NCBI GenBank assembly: GCA_040752415.1
Contig: JBFMGU010000017.1
Location: 1 to 64,000, forward strand
DNA from: Myxococcota bacterium
Lineage (GTDB): Bacteria > Myxococcota > JACRCW01
Direction of reading: 5' to 3'
Length of the DNA: 64,000 bases
Shown here: positions 34,179 to 43,987 of the stretch, piece after piece
Position numbering within the stretch: the first letter of the stretch is position 1
Layout: every line of letters starts with the position of its first letter
Notes under the pieces: model-generated
Database searches by the model: none
What the model was told of the DNA's origin: nothing
The model's input: the letters and a program-made list of their open reading frames with translations, nothing else
Made by a program: the position numbers and the translations under genes

Positions 34179-36551
34179 CTACGGCACCACCGTCTCGTCC
34201 CACTCGTCGACGGGCATCCACACCGCGTACCCGCGCGGCGGCGCGGAAACGTACACGCGGCCATCCGCATACACATCGTGCAGCGTGGTGATTCCGCCAC
34301 GCACGTCCTGGACCACGCGATTGCTCCAGCTGGTGAGCGCGGGATCCGGAGCGTGGTCCACCCAGAGGCCGCGCGTCTCCGTGTCGTGGTTGTTGATGAC
34401 CAGGATGGCGCCGGTCTTCCCCACGGCAGCGGGCCCCTCCCGACGAGCCACGAACACGTGTCGCGTGTCCTCGGGCGGATACGGATTCCCCTCCGCGCTG
34501 AGCACGACCATGGGCCCGGCGAGATGCTCCGCGCGAATCGCCATCAACAGCTGCAGCTCGTCGACGAGACTCGCGGGCGCCTGCACGGTGTAGCTGCCGT
34601 CATGGACGTCGCGCTGCTGCACGCCGTGGAGGTGCGGGTAGTAGATGAACGGCCGCTCCTCGGCAAACAGCGTGAACGCGTAGGCCATGTGCCAGTCGCG
34701 CCAGAGCCAGTAGCCGCGCTCCTTGCCCGTGTCGTGGTTCTCCACGAAGGACACCACCCGCTCCGAGGGAAGTGCGTCCACCGGGTCCCGCACCATTCCC
34801 GCCGAGGCCAGCGACGCCATGTCGAAATCCGCGCCGTTCCGGTTGGCCATGTCCGAGAGCGCGAACTTCAGCGGGAAGTCGAACACCGCCACGTTGCTGT
34901 CGCCAGTTCCGGCCGCATCCACCGCACCCACCCACTCGCGAATGCGCTGCTTCTTCCGCGCGAAGTACTCCGCCACCGCGAAGCGAGGTGCCCCACGCGT
35001 CGTCACCGGCATGGCATCCAACCAACCACGCACGTAGTCCTGCGGAACACCCAGGACCCAATCCAGGCGGTAACCATCGAATCCCACGACGTCGGTGAGC
35101 CAGGCGCCCCACGCACGGAAGCGCTCGCCCACGTCAGGGTGGAACGTGTTGAAGTCATTTCCGAACAGTCGCCAGCGCGGCCGCACTTCCTCGTCGCCGG
35201 GCCACTCCAGGTGGTCCTCGGCGCTGGCGGGATGGAAGTGTTCATGACTCCACTCGAAGTTCGCCTCGCCAGGACCGGTGTGCTCCACGGGGCGGATGCC
35301 GGTACGCGTGTGCACCTGCATGTCTGCCGGCACCCCGTCGTGGCTCACCGCAACGATGCGGTACCCACGCTGTCCATCCCCATCCTCCACCACGCCACCG
35401 ACGAGACGCCGCGACGACAACCGCACCTCCAGTCGACCCGGACTGGTCACTTCCACGGAGAACGCGTCCTCGTCCTGCTGCGTCTCGATGAATCCAAGTC
35501 CCGGCGTGTCACCGCCCAGCATCACGGGGTCGCTGGACGTCTCATCGGCCCAGGTGGCCACGCCGGTTCCGTCGGTGATTCCTCCCCACACGTCGACGCG
35601 ATAGGTCCGCTCCTCCACCGCCGAGTCCCAGGGCAGACGGTAGCCACCCACTTGGAACGTCCACGCGCCGGGCGCGGCATCGGGAACCACCCAGACCACG
35701 TCGCTGACGGGATAGAGCGGGTACTCCACACCATCCACGGTGGCGCCGTTCTCGATGTAGGCCCGCACGGCGGGATTGTCCGCCAGCTCCGCGTCGGACG
35801 CGTACACGTGGTTCAGCACGATGTCGACGACGACGTCGATGCCGCGCGCATGCATCGCGGCCACCATGTCCAGGAGCTCCTGGCGACTCCCGAAGCGCGT
35901 CTCGACGGTGCCCTTCTGCTGGTAGTTGCCCAGGTCGTACAGGTCGAAGGTGCCGTACCCCATGTCATAGATGCCGAAGTTGCCCTTGCTGGGCGGCGGC
36001 ACCCACAGTGAGGTGATTCCCATGCTGGAAAGCGCACCGGCTTCCCCGGCGAGATGGTCCCACCACGTGCCGTCCTTGCTCAGCGCGTTGACGGGGACGT
36101 CCCAGTAGAAGGCCTGCAGCATAACGTCGACGGTGCCGGCGCAGGTGCGCGTGTCGCAGAAGGAGGGCAGGGCGGGACGGCCAGCGTCGTCGACGGGCGT
36201 GACGGCGGCATCGGAGGTCGCGGCGTCGGGCCGGTTGGCATCGGGAACGTGTGCGTCGGGGAGCGCGGCATCCGGTCCCGCGGCGTCAACGGCGCTGGCG
36301 TCGGCGGGAAGCGTGGCGTCGGGGGCGTTCGCGTCGTGCGTCGGGGTGGCGTCCCCCACCGCGGCGTCGGACGGGTGCGCAGCGTCGACAGCACCTCCGT
36401 CGAGGTTCGCGCTCGCGTCCAGGGGGACCACGCCGGCATCACCGCGCGCGGAAACACCCGCGTCGCGGGAAGACGGTGGTGACTCCGTCGGCGTGGACGT
36501 GGTGCACGACGCCACAGCGAGCACCAAAAGCCAGGAGTTCCGCGGACCCAT
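34179..36551 (-). CDS. GH13 alpha-amylase lipoprotein with an inserted beta-domain
   Basis: Lipobox 'AVASC', Asp/Ala linker, 'VMLQAFYWD', 'DIVLNH', 'DGYRLD', 'VAEYF', 'FVENHD'. Confidence 0.9.
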   Translation of the reverse strand: MGPRNSWLLVLAVASCTTSTPTESPPSSRDAGVSARGDAGVVPLDASANLDGGAVDAAHPSDAAVGDATPTHDANAPDATLPADASAVDAAGPDAALPDAHVPDANRPDAATSDAAVTPVDDAGRPALPSFCDTRTCAGTVDVMLQAFYWDVPVNALSKDGTWWDHLAGEAGALSSMGITSLWVPPPSKGNFGIYDMGYGTFDLYDLGNYQQKGTVETRFGSRQELLDMVAAMHARGIDVVVDIVLNHVYASDAELADNPAVRAYIENGATVDGVEYPLYPVSDVVWVVPDAAPGAWTFQVGGYRLPWDSAVEERTYRVDVWGGITDGTGVATWADETSSDPVMLGGDTPGLGFIETQQDEDAFSVEVTSPGRLEVRLSSRRLVGGVVEDGDGQRGYRIVAVSHDGVPADMQVHTRTGIRPVEHTGPGEANFEWSHEHFHPASAEDHLEWPGDEEVRPRWRLFGNDFNTFHPDVGERFRAWGAWLTDVVGFDGYRLDWVLGVPQDYVRGWLDAMPVTTRGAPRFAVAEYFARKKQRIREWVGAVDAAGTGDSNVAVFDFPLKFALSDMANRNGADFDMASLASAGMVRDPVDALPSERVVSFVENHDTGKERGYWLWRDWHMAYAFTLFAEERPFIYYPHLHGVQQRDVHDGSYTVQAPASLVDELQLLMAIRAEHLAGPMVVLSAEGNPYPPEDTRHVFVARREGPAAVGKTGAILVINNHDTETRGLWVDHAPDPALTSWSNRVVQDVRGGITTLHDVYADGRVYVSAPPRGYAVWMPVDEWDETVVP

Positions 36552-36606
36552 GCCGGGCACAGTGGCATTGGTGCCGTGCGTCGTGCATCCGTCGTGGTGA
36601 CGAGGG

Positions 36607-36646
36607 AAAAGCGCGACGCGACCGCGTGTGAGGTCACGGTCGCGTC
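36607..36646 (-). terminator. Putative Rho-independent terminator after the DUF1059 gene
   Basis: 10-bp stem gacgcgaccg/cggtcgcgtc, followed on the minus strand by gcgcTTTT. Confidence 0.45.
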
Positions 36647-36653
36647 ACCGGCC

Positions 36654-36902
36654 TTACGGCCTCATCTCTCCGCCGCCGGAGCTCGGGCGGGATCCCGTAG
36701 CCCTGTAGGTCGGGCTCTCGGTGGTCTCGTCCTTGTACATGGACCTCAGCTGATTGCGCAGCTCCGGCGTGTCCTTGTACCCGTGCACCGAGACCGCGTG
36801 CTGCACCACCGCGCTCTCCAACTCCTTCTCCTCACCGAAGAACGCCAGCGTGCAACCGCTCTTGTCAGGGTGGTCACGGCAGTCGATGAACTTCCGTGTC
36901 AT
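36654..36902 (-). CDS. DUF1059-like small metal-binding protein
   Basis: 'RKFIDCRDHP...CTLAFFGEEKEL..AVVQHAVSVHG'; GGAGG RBS. Confidence 0.8.
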   Translation of the reverse strand: MTRKFIDCRDHPDKSGCTLAFFGEEKELESAVVQHAVSVHGYKDTPELRNQLRSMYKDETTESPTYRATGSRPSSGGGEMRP

Positions 36903-36980
36903 TGCCGTGCCCTCCTTTCATGATGGTGTACCGGTTTCCGTGTCGACGGACACCAGCCCACGTCGGAGGTGCGGCTTCTC

Positions 36981-37550
36981 TCAGCGCTCGCGCGGGGCGC
37001 GGTGCGGAACGGCCATGGGCGTGCGCGCCAGCTCCACGAAGCCCAGGTCCCGGTACAGGCGCAGCGCGCGGCGGTTGGCCGTGGTGACGGTGAGGCTGAC
37101 CGAGCGCAGGCCGATCTTCACCATCCGCTGCATGCTCGCCACGAGCAGCGCGCGTCCCGTCCCGCCGCGGTGTTCGGGGTGCACCGCGATGTTGTCCAGC
37201 GACGCGGACTGGTCGGCAATCGACACCACGGTGAAGCCGCAGACCTCCCCGTTCTTCAGCAGCATCAACGAGCAGGCCGGCGAGAATACGAATGGCCCAC
37301 GACGCATGGTGGTCTGCCACAGGTGCTCCTTGCAGGCATCCACACTGTTGAGGCTGTCATGGAAGAGGCGCTGGTCCAGCGTGCCGGCGTACGCGTCAAA
37401 CTCCACGCGCGCCACGTCGGCAATCCGTCGCGCATCCCACGTCTTGACCTGGTAGCCGCGCGGCGTCGTGGAGCGGACGAGCGGGACGTGCAGCGAGCGG
37501 ATCATGAACGCGCGGGTGTGGAGTCGCGGGGGATTGAAGACGTCGGCCAT
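36981..37550 (-). CDS. GNAT-family N-acetyltransferase
   Basis: 'IAVHPEHRGGTGRALL', 'LTVTTANRRALRLYRDLGF'. Confidence 0.85.
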   Translation of the reverse strand: MADVFNPPRLHTRAFMIRSLHVPLVRSTTPRGYQVKTWDARRIADVARVEFDAYAGTLDQRLFHDSLNSVDACKEHLWQTTMRRGPFVFSPACSLMLLKNGEVCGFTVVSIADQSASLDNIAVHPEHRGGTGRALLVASMQRMVKIGLRSVSLTVTTANRRALRLYRDLGFVELARTPMAVPHRAPRER

Positions 37551-37683
37551 GCCATGTGCTCCAGGATGCTCTGGGTCGAATAGTGGAAGCGCGCGCACGC
37601 GGCCAGCGGAAATCATGGTCACGCTTGCCCTCCCGTGGGAGGGAGCGGTTGACCCGGAGGGGCGCGGCGGATAGTCGCGGGGC

Positions 37684-39396
37684 ATGTCGCGGACCCCCAC
37701 CGACCTCGTCGAGCTTCTGCGTGAGCGCGCGCAACACCAGGGCGCCGACCGCGCCTACACCTTCCTCGTCGACGGCGACCACGAGGAGCACACGCTGACC
37801 TACGGCGCGCTGGACGCGCAGGCGCGGGCGATTGCGGCGCGGCTCCAGGCTCGCGGCCACGCGGGACAGCGTGCGCTCCTGCTCTACCCGCCGGGCCTGG
37901 AATACGTGGCCGCGTACTTCGGCTGTCTCTACGCCGGCGTGGTGGCCGTGCCCGCCTATCCGCCGCGACCCAACAAGCCTTCACCGCGCCTGGAGTCCAT
38001 TGTCACCGACGCGCAGGCCGCCCTGGCGCTCACCACCGACGCCATCCTGCAGAAGCTGCAGCCGCGCTTCCCGGAGATGCCGCGCATGGCGTCGTTGGAC
38101 TGGCTCACCACCGACGGCGTGGGCACTGACGGTGCGGACGCCTGGCGCGCGCCGAAGGTCGACGGGGATACGCTCGCGTTCCTGCAATACACGTCGGGGA
38201 CCACGGGGACGCCGCGCGGCGTGATGGTCACGCACGGGAACCTGCTGCACAACTCCGCGCTCATCGCGGAAGGGTTCGAGCACACCGTCGACGACCGCGG
38301 CGTGTTCTGGCTGCCCATCTACCATGACATGGGTCTCATCGGCGGAGTGCTGCAGCCGTTGTGGATTGGCCGCCCCACGACGTTGATGCCACCCGCCGCT
38401 TTCCTGCAGAGCCCGTTCCGCTGGCTCAGCGCCATCAGTCGCCTGAAGGCCAACGTCAGCGGCGGACCGGACATGGCCTATGAGCTGTGCGCGCGCCAGG
38501 TCACCGACGAGCAGAAGGCCACCCTCGACCTCTCGGGCTGGGAGCTCGCGTTCACTGGCGCGGAGCCCATCCGCCCGGAGACGCTCGAGCGCTTCTCGCG
38601 TGCGTTCGCGGGCTGCGGTTTCCGTCGGGAAGCGTTCTATCCCTGCTACGGCCTCGCGGAAGCCACGTTGATGGTGACCGGCGGGAGACGCCTGCGTGCG
38701 CCGCGTGTGCACCGCGTGGAACGGCCTGCGCTCCTGGAGGGGCGCGCACGTCCCGCCCGTGGCGACGACGCCGAGGCGCATGCCCTGGTGAGCTGTGGGC
38801 GCTCGTTGCACGGGCAGGAGGTGCGGGTGGTGGACCCGGAGACCGGCCGCACGTGCGCGGATGGAGAGGTGGGTGAGATCTGGGTGCACGGTCCGTGTGT
38901 GGCGCGCGGGTACTGGAATCGCGCGGAGGCGTCGGAGGCGGCGTTTGGTGGACGTCGTCAGGACGGGCCGGATCGACGCTACCTGCGCACCGCCGACCTG
39001 GGATTCATCCACGAGGACGAGCTCTTCTACACCGGACGCATGAAGGACCTCCTCGTGGTGGGCGGGCGGCATCACTATCCGCAGGACCTGGAGCGCACCG
39101 CGGAGCTGGCCCATCCCGCGCTGCGCCCCGGCTTCGGCGCGGCCTTCCTTCTCGACGACGGAAAGCTGGCCCTGATCTACGAGCTGGAGCGGCGCGCGCG
39201 GCCGGACATGAACGAGGTGACGGGCGCGGTGCGCGAAGCGGTGCGGAAGCGGCACGGACTCCCGCTGCACGCGTTCTCCATCATCCGCATGCTCTCCATT
39301 CCCAAGACGTCCAGCGGCAAGATCCAGCGCTACGCCTGCAAGGCCGCATTCCTCGACGGCAGCCTGGAGACCGTGCACACCTGGAGCGCGGGCTGA
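37684..39396 (+). CDS. Fatty acyl-AMP ligase (FAAL), stand-alone
   Basis: 'LAFLQYTSGTTGTPRGV', 'WLPIYHDMGLIG', 'YPCYGLAEATL', 'GRMKDL', 'PKTSSGKIQR'. Confidence 0.9.
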   Translation: MSRTPTDLVELLRERAQHQGADRAYTFLVDGDHEEHTLTYGALDAQARAIAARLQARGHAGQRALLLYPPGLEYVAAYFGCLYAGVVAVPAYPPRPNKPSPRLESIVTDAQAALALTTDAILQKLQPRFPEMPRMASLDWLTTDGVGTDGADAWRAPKVDGDTLAFLQYTSGTTGTPRGVMVTHGNLLHNSALIAEGFEHTVDDRGVFWLPIYHDMGLIGGVLQPLWIGRPTTLMPPAAFLQSPFRWLSAISRLKANVSGGPDMAYELCARQVTDEQKATLDLSGWELAFTGAEPIRPETLERFSRAFAGCGFRREAFYPCYGLAEATLMVTGGRRLRAPRVHRVERPALLEGRARPARGDDAEAHALVSCGRSLHGQEVRVVDPETGRTCADGEVGEIWVHGPCVARGYWNRAEASEAAFGGRRQDGPDRRYLRTADLGFIHEDELFYTGRMKDLLVVGGRHHYPQDLERTAELAHPALRPGFGAAFLLDDGKLALIYELERRARPDMNEVTGAVREAVRKRHGLPLHAFSIIRMLSIPKTSSGKIQRYACKAAFLDGSLETVHTWSAG

Positions 39397-39439
39397 CCAC
39401 CTTCTGAAACGGTGGTGCAGGCTGGTTATCATCCCCGTC

Positions 39440-40405
39440 GTGATGGAACCGGCCTACCTGAAGCTTGAGCGTCGCGAGCTGTACCGCCGCGTGGATGAGG
39501 CCCTGGCCGTCCTGTCCTCCTGCCGCGTCTGTCCCCGGAACTGCGAGGTGGACCGGCTCAAGGATGAGACCGCGGTGTGCCGCGCGGGACGACGGGCGCG
39601 GGTTTCGGCGTACTTCGCCCACTTCGGCGAGGAGGACTGTCTGCGGGGCTGGAACGGCTCGGGCACCATCTTCTTTGGCTGGTGCAACCTCCGCTGCGTC
39701 TTCTGCCAGAACTGGGAAACCAGCCAGGAGGGCGCGGGTGACGAGGTCACTCCCGAGCGGCTGGCCGCCATGATGCTCGAGCTGCAGGCCAACGGCTGCC
39801 ACAACATCAACTGGGTCACTCCCGAGCACGTGGTGCCGCAGATCCTGGAGGCCATGCCGCTCGCCGTCGAGCGCGGCCTCAAGCTGCCGATCGTCTACAA
39901 CACCAGCGCGTACGACTCGCTCCACAGCCTGAAGCTGATGGAAGGCATCGTGGACATCTACATGCCCGACCTGAAGTCGCTGGATCCGACGTGGAGCGCG
40001 CGCATCCTCAAGGCCAAGGATTATCCGGACGTGGCGCGCGCGGCCATCCGCGAGATGCACCGCCAGGTGGGCGCGCTGCAGTTCAATGACGACGGGCTGG
40101 CCACGCGCGGCGCCCTGGTGCGGCACCTGGTGATGCCCGATGCGCTGGAGGACTCGAAGGCGATCTTCCAGTGGCTGGCCACCGAGCTGGGTGCGGATAC
40201 CTACGTGAACGTGATGGACCAGTACCGGCCCGAGGGCAGCGTGCTGGAGAATCCGGAGCGCTATCCTTCGCTAACGCGACGCACCACCGCCGAGGAGCAC
40301 CGTCGCGCCCTGGTGCTCGCCGGGGAAGCCGGTCTGCTCCGCGTGGATGAGCGTCGTCCCCACCCGCGCCTGCGGCGACGCATGCAGGGGCTGATGGTGC
40401 TGTAG
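39440..40405 (+). CDS. Radical SAM protein (PflX-like)
   Basis: 'CRVCPRNC', 'HFGEEDCLRGWNGSGTIFF', CxxxCxxC 'CNLRCVFCQN', 'VRHLVMP'. Confidence 0.9.
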   Translation: MMEPAYLKLERRELYRRVDEALAVLSSCRVCPRNCEVDRLKDETAVCRAGRRARVSAYFAHFGEEDCLRGWNGSGTIFFGWCNLRCVFCQNWETSQEGAGDEVTPERLAAMMLELQANGCHNINWVTPEHVVPQILEAMPLAVERGLKLPIVYNTSAYDSLHSLKLMEGIVDIYMPDLKSLDPTWSARILKAKDYPDVARAAIREMHRQVGALQFNDDGLATRGALVRHLVMPDALEDSKAIFQWLATELGADTYVNVMDQYRPEGSVLENPERYPSLTRRTTAEEHRRALVLAGEAGLLRVDERRPHPRLRRRMQGLMVL

Positions 40406-40430
40406 TTGTCACCGCGAGAGGGTCTGCCTC

Positions 40431-41894
40431 TCACTGTCCGTAGACCACCAAGTACCTGAACGCGCCGGTTGCACGGCGTGTGCGCAGCCCCACCTGCCCG
40501 CCAATCACCGAGCCATCCCGGTCGACGAGACTGTTGAAGCCCAACAACGCGCATTCCACCTCCGCGGACGTCACGGCGGTCCGCAGCACGTGGTCCACTC
40601 CCACGGGAGTGGGGCTGCCCACGGACTCCACGGGGGTGGTAGGTACGGTGAAATCCGTCATGACGGAGATGCCCAGCTCGCTGTCGCCCGACGCGGACAG
40701 CTGCGACTGCGTACAGGTCCAGCCGTCGCCGTTCTGTTGCACCGCCACGGAGCCGACGCGGCACGCGTAGTCGACGCACTGGATGACGCGCTGCTGGTTC
40801 TCCACCATCCCCGCCGTCATCACCAGCCCGGTCAACATCAGCAGTGGGCTCCCGTTGACCGTGGGCAGCGTCTGCCGCGCCTCCCCGTCGATCACCGACC
40901 ACGTCCCGCCTTGCGGCGTCCACTCGGGGCCCAGCTGTGTTCCATTGAAGCCATCAAAGAACGCAATGTAGTCACCGGGAACCTGGGGACGCGGGTCACA
41001 GGTGTCGCCCACGCCGTCGCTGTCCACGTCGGCTTGCGAGTTGTTGGAGAGGCCGGGACAGTTGTCGCAGACGTCTCCCACGCTGTCGGAGTCTTCGTCG
41101 TACTGCTCCGGGTTCGGGTCCGCTACGCAGTTGTCCGCCACGTCCTGCACTCCGTCCATGTCCTCGTCCAGGACAAGCACACCGCTGGAGGAGGAGCTCG
41201 TTGCGGTGGAGCCGCTGGATGACGAAGAACTGCTGGAAGAAGAGGTGCTGGACGAGGAGCTGCTCGACGACGTCGCGCTGCTGGAGGAAATGGACGTGCT
41301 GCCGGCGGAGCTGCTCGAGGACGTTGTGCTGCCCGATGACGAGGACGCGGTGCTGCTGGAGGCGGACGCCGACGACCCCGTGCTCGTCGATGCCGATGTG
41401 GACGCCGACGCCACGGTGCTGGACGAGGCCGAGGAGGACGTCGACGCCACGGCGCTGGAAGTGGCTGGTCCACCGCTGGAAGAGGTGGAGGTTGAAGACG
41501 CGGAGGAACTGCTGGACGCGCTCGAACCCGACGAGGAGGACGACGTGCTGGAGGAGGTGGAGGATTCGCCCCCGGATGAGGACGTCGAGCCGAGCGATGA
41601 GCTGGATGCCGTCCCCGACGACGAAGTGACTCCCCCGCCGGACGACGAGGAACTGCTGCCGCTCGAGGAGCTGCTGGCGTCGCTGGCGCTGGTGCGCGCG
41701 CCGGGAACACACGCTCCGTCCTCGCAGCGCTCGTCACCGGCGCAGTTGAAATCGGAGTTGCACAGGCTCACGCACTCGCCATTGCGCTCGGTCTCATCAC
41801 CGCTGCAACGCGGCGTGCAGCCAGCATGCAGGCCGGTGGCCGCCACCACGCCAACCAGCACCATCCACGACGGACGAATGATCCGCGGACCCAT
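40431..41894 (-). CDS. Lipoprotein with Cys-rich N-terminus, ~170-aa Ser/Thr linker, thrombospondin type-3 (Ca-binding) repeats and a C-terminal beta-sandwich
   Basis: 'LHAGC' lipobox, poly-Ser tract, '[14 protein letters not shown]', '[14 protein letters not shown]', '[12 protein letters not shown]'. Confidence 0.85.
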   Translation of the reverse strand: MGPRIIRPSWMVLVGVVAATGLHAGCTPRCSGDETERNGECVSLCNSDFNCAGDERCEDGACVPGARTSASDASSSSSGSSSSSSGGGVTSSSGTASSSSLGSTSSSGGESSTSSSTSSSSSGSSASSSSSASSTSTSSSGGPATSSAVASTSSSASSSTVASASTSASTSTGSSASASSSTASSSSGSTTSSSSSAGSTSISSSSATSSSSSSSSTSSSSSSSSSSGSTATSSSSSGVLVLDEDMDGVQDVADNCVADPNPEQYDEDSDSVGDVCDNCPGLSNNSQADVDSDGVGDTCDPRPQVPGDYIAFFDGFNGTQLGPEWTPQGGTWSVIDGEARQTLPTVNGSPLLMLTGLVMTAGMVENQQRVIQCVDYACRVGSVAVQQNGDGWTCTQSQLSASGDSELGISVMTDFTVPTTPVESVGSPTPVGVDHVLRTAVTSAEVECALLGFNSLVDRDGSVIGGQVGLRTRRATGAFRYLVVYGQ

Positions 41895-41909
41895 GGCGGG
41901 AGCATGCCG

Positions 41910-43175
41910 TCATGTTCGGGGGATGGGAAGCACGCCGTCACCCGGCGGAAGGGATTCCTCGTCCCGCGCCACGTACACCGCGGCGGCCAGGTCACCGGTC
42001 ACATTCACCGTGGTGCGACACATGTCCAGGAAGCGGTCCACGCCCAGGATGAGCCCCAGGCCCTCCGCCGGGATGCCGAAGATTCCGAGGATCATGGCCA
42101 GCACCGGCATGGAGCCCGTGGGAACGCCCGCGGTGCCAATCCCGGCGAGCACGCAGATCCCCATCACCACCGCCTGGCGCGCCAGCCCCATCTCCACGCC
42201 GTAGACCTGCGCCAGGAAGAGCACGGTGACGCCTTCAAAGAGCGCGGTGCCATTCTGGTTCATGGCGCTCCCCGCGGTGAGCACGAAGCGGGTCACATGT
42301 GGCGGCAGCTTCAGCTCCTGCTCGGCCACCTTCAGCGCGGTGGGCAGCGTGGCGCTCGACGACGCGGTGGAGAACGCGGTGATCATGGCCAAACGCGCGC
42401 CGCGGAAGAACTCCCGCGGGGACCGCCCGCCCAGGAACTTCACCGAGAGCGAATAGACCCCGAACATGTGCAGCGCGAGCCCCAGCACCGCCACCAGCAC
42501 GTAGGCCAGCACCTGCTGCACAATCCCCGCGCCCATCCTCGACGTCAGCGTGAACAACAACGCCGCCACGCCCACCGGCGCCAGCATCAGCACGCCGTCG
42601 ATGAGCTTCATGGTGACTTCGTTCAAACCCTCGATCACTTCGCGCAGCCTCTCGGTGGCGGGCGTGCGCGTACGGGCGAGCGCGATGCCGAAGAAGATGG
42701 CGAAGAGCAGGATGCCGACGAGGTCGCCATTGGCCGCGGCCTTCACCGGGTTGTCCGGCACCAGCGCCACGATCAGCGTGGGACCCGAGGCACCCGGCGG
42801 CGCCACCTTGACGTCGGCGGCATGGACCTGCTGGCGCACGGACTCCGGCACGCCGCGCCCGGGCTGCAACACGTTCACCAACGTCAGGCCAATGAGCACG
42901 GAGATGGTGGAGACCACCACGGTGTAGACCAGCGTGCGCGCACCCAGCCGCCCGATCGCGCGCAGGTCCAACCCGCAGATGCCCACCACCACCGCCGAGA
43001 ACAGCAATGGCACCACGAGCATGAAGAGGAGGCGGATGAAGATCTGCCCCAGCGGCTGCATGATGTTCTCGCTGAGGAAGCGGACCCAGGGCACGTCGGC
43101 GCCCCACAGGTTGCACGCAACGCCCGCGCCTGCTCCCAGCACCAGTCCCAGCAGGATCTTCCGGTAGGCAGCCAT
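41910..43175 (-). CDS. Dicarboxylate/amino acid:cation symporter (GltP/DctA family)
   Basis: 'AFSTASSSATLP', 'GSAMNQNGTALFE', 'IGTAGVP', 'GVDRFLDMCRTTVNVTGD'. Confidence 0.92.
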   Translation of the reverse strand: MAAYRKILLGLVLGAGAGVACNLWGADVPWVRFLSENIMQPLGQIFIRLLFMLVVPLLFSAVVVGICGLDLRAIGRLGARTLVYTVVVSTISVLIGLTLVNVLQPGRGVPESVRQQVHAADVKVAPPGASGPTLIVALVPDNPVKAAANGDLVGILLFAIFFGIALARTRTPATERLREVIEGLNEVTMKLIDGVLMLAPVGVAALLFTLTSRMGAGIVQQVLAYVLVAVLGLALHMFGVYSLSVKFLGGRSPREFFRGARLAMITAFSTASSSATLPTALKVAEQELKLPPHVTRFVLTAGSAMNQNGTALFEGVTVLFLAQVYGVEMGLARQAVVMGICVLAGIGTAGVPTGSMPVLAMILGIFGIPAEGLGLILGVDRFLDMCRTTVNVTGDLAAAVYVARDEESLPPGDGVLPIPRT

Positions 43176-43231
43176 GAGGCCGCGCACGCTACCTCAGCGC
43201 GTGGCCGCCTGACGACGTGGAATGAGCCGGT

Positions 43232-43975
43232 TCACCACTGCGCCACCACCGGCGCATGATCACTGGTGCCCACGTCCGCCTGCACCCGGCACGAGGTGAT
43301 CCGCTCCGCCACGGCATTGCTCGCGAGCACGTAGTCAATGCGCCAGCCGATGTTGCGCTGACGCATGTTCCGCCACGGCGCCCACCAGGTGAAGAGCCCC
43401 TCCTTGTCCGGCTCCTGCGCGCGTCCCACGTCAACCAACCCGTGACCAAGGATGCGCTCGAACAGCTCCCGCTCCTCGGGTCGCTGGCCGATCAGGCCGG
43501 GTTTGCGTTCCTTGGCATGCACGTCGCGGTCGGTGCGGGCCACGTTGAGGTCACCACACAGGACCAGCTCCTTCCCGCTGGCACGCGTCGCACCCGCGAA
43601 GTCTCCCAGCGCGCGCAGGAACGTGATCTTCGCGTCGTAGTCCTTGCCGCCGTTGGGCACGTAGATGGACGCGAACACGGTGTTCCCGACTTCCGCCGTG
43701 ACCACCCGCGTCTCGACGTCAAACGTGGGATGCACGAAGCACGGTTCGGCCTGGCAGATCCCGCGACGCAGCATCAGGCTGACGCCGGAATACGGTCCCG
43801 CGCCGTGCCAGAAGCCGAAGTAGTCGGGATGCTGCACCAGCGCTTCGGGGACCTGCGAGGGGAGCGCCTTGATCTCCTGCAGGCACACCACGTCGGGTTG
43901 CTCCCGTGCCATCCACTCCTGCACCTGCGCGGCGCGGGCGCGGATGCCATTGACGTTCCAGGTGGCCACCTTCAC
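43232..43975 (-). CDS. xth: Exodeoxyribonuclease III / AP endonuclease
   Basis: 'ATWNVNGIRAR', 'LQEIK', 'YVPNG', 'GDLNVA', 'GWRIDY', 'SDHAPV'. Confidence 0.93.
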   Translation of the reverse strand: MKVATWNVNGIRARAAQVQEWMAREQPDVVCLQEIKALPSQVPEALVQHPDYFGFWHGAGPYSGVSLMLRRGICQAEPCFVHPTFDVETRVVTAEVGNTVFASIYVPNGGKDYDAKITFLRALGDFAGATRASGKELVLCGDLNVARTDRDVHAKERKPGLIGQRPEERELFERILGHGLVDVGRAQEPDKEGLFTWWAPWRNMRQRNIGWRIDYVLASNAVAERITSCRVQADVGTSDHAPVVAQW

Positions 43976-43987
43976 GGTTTCCTCGTC

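Noticed and set aside
41002..42204. 400-aa highly acidic (E/D/L/V) ORF
   Set aside because: Antisense reading of the poly-Ser linker of 40431-41894.
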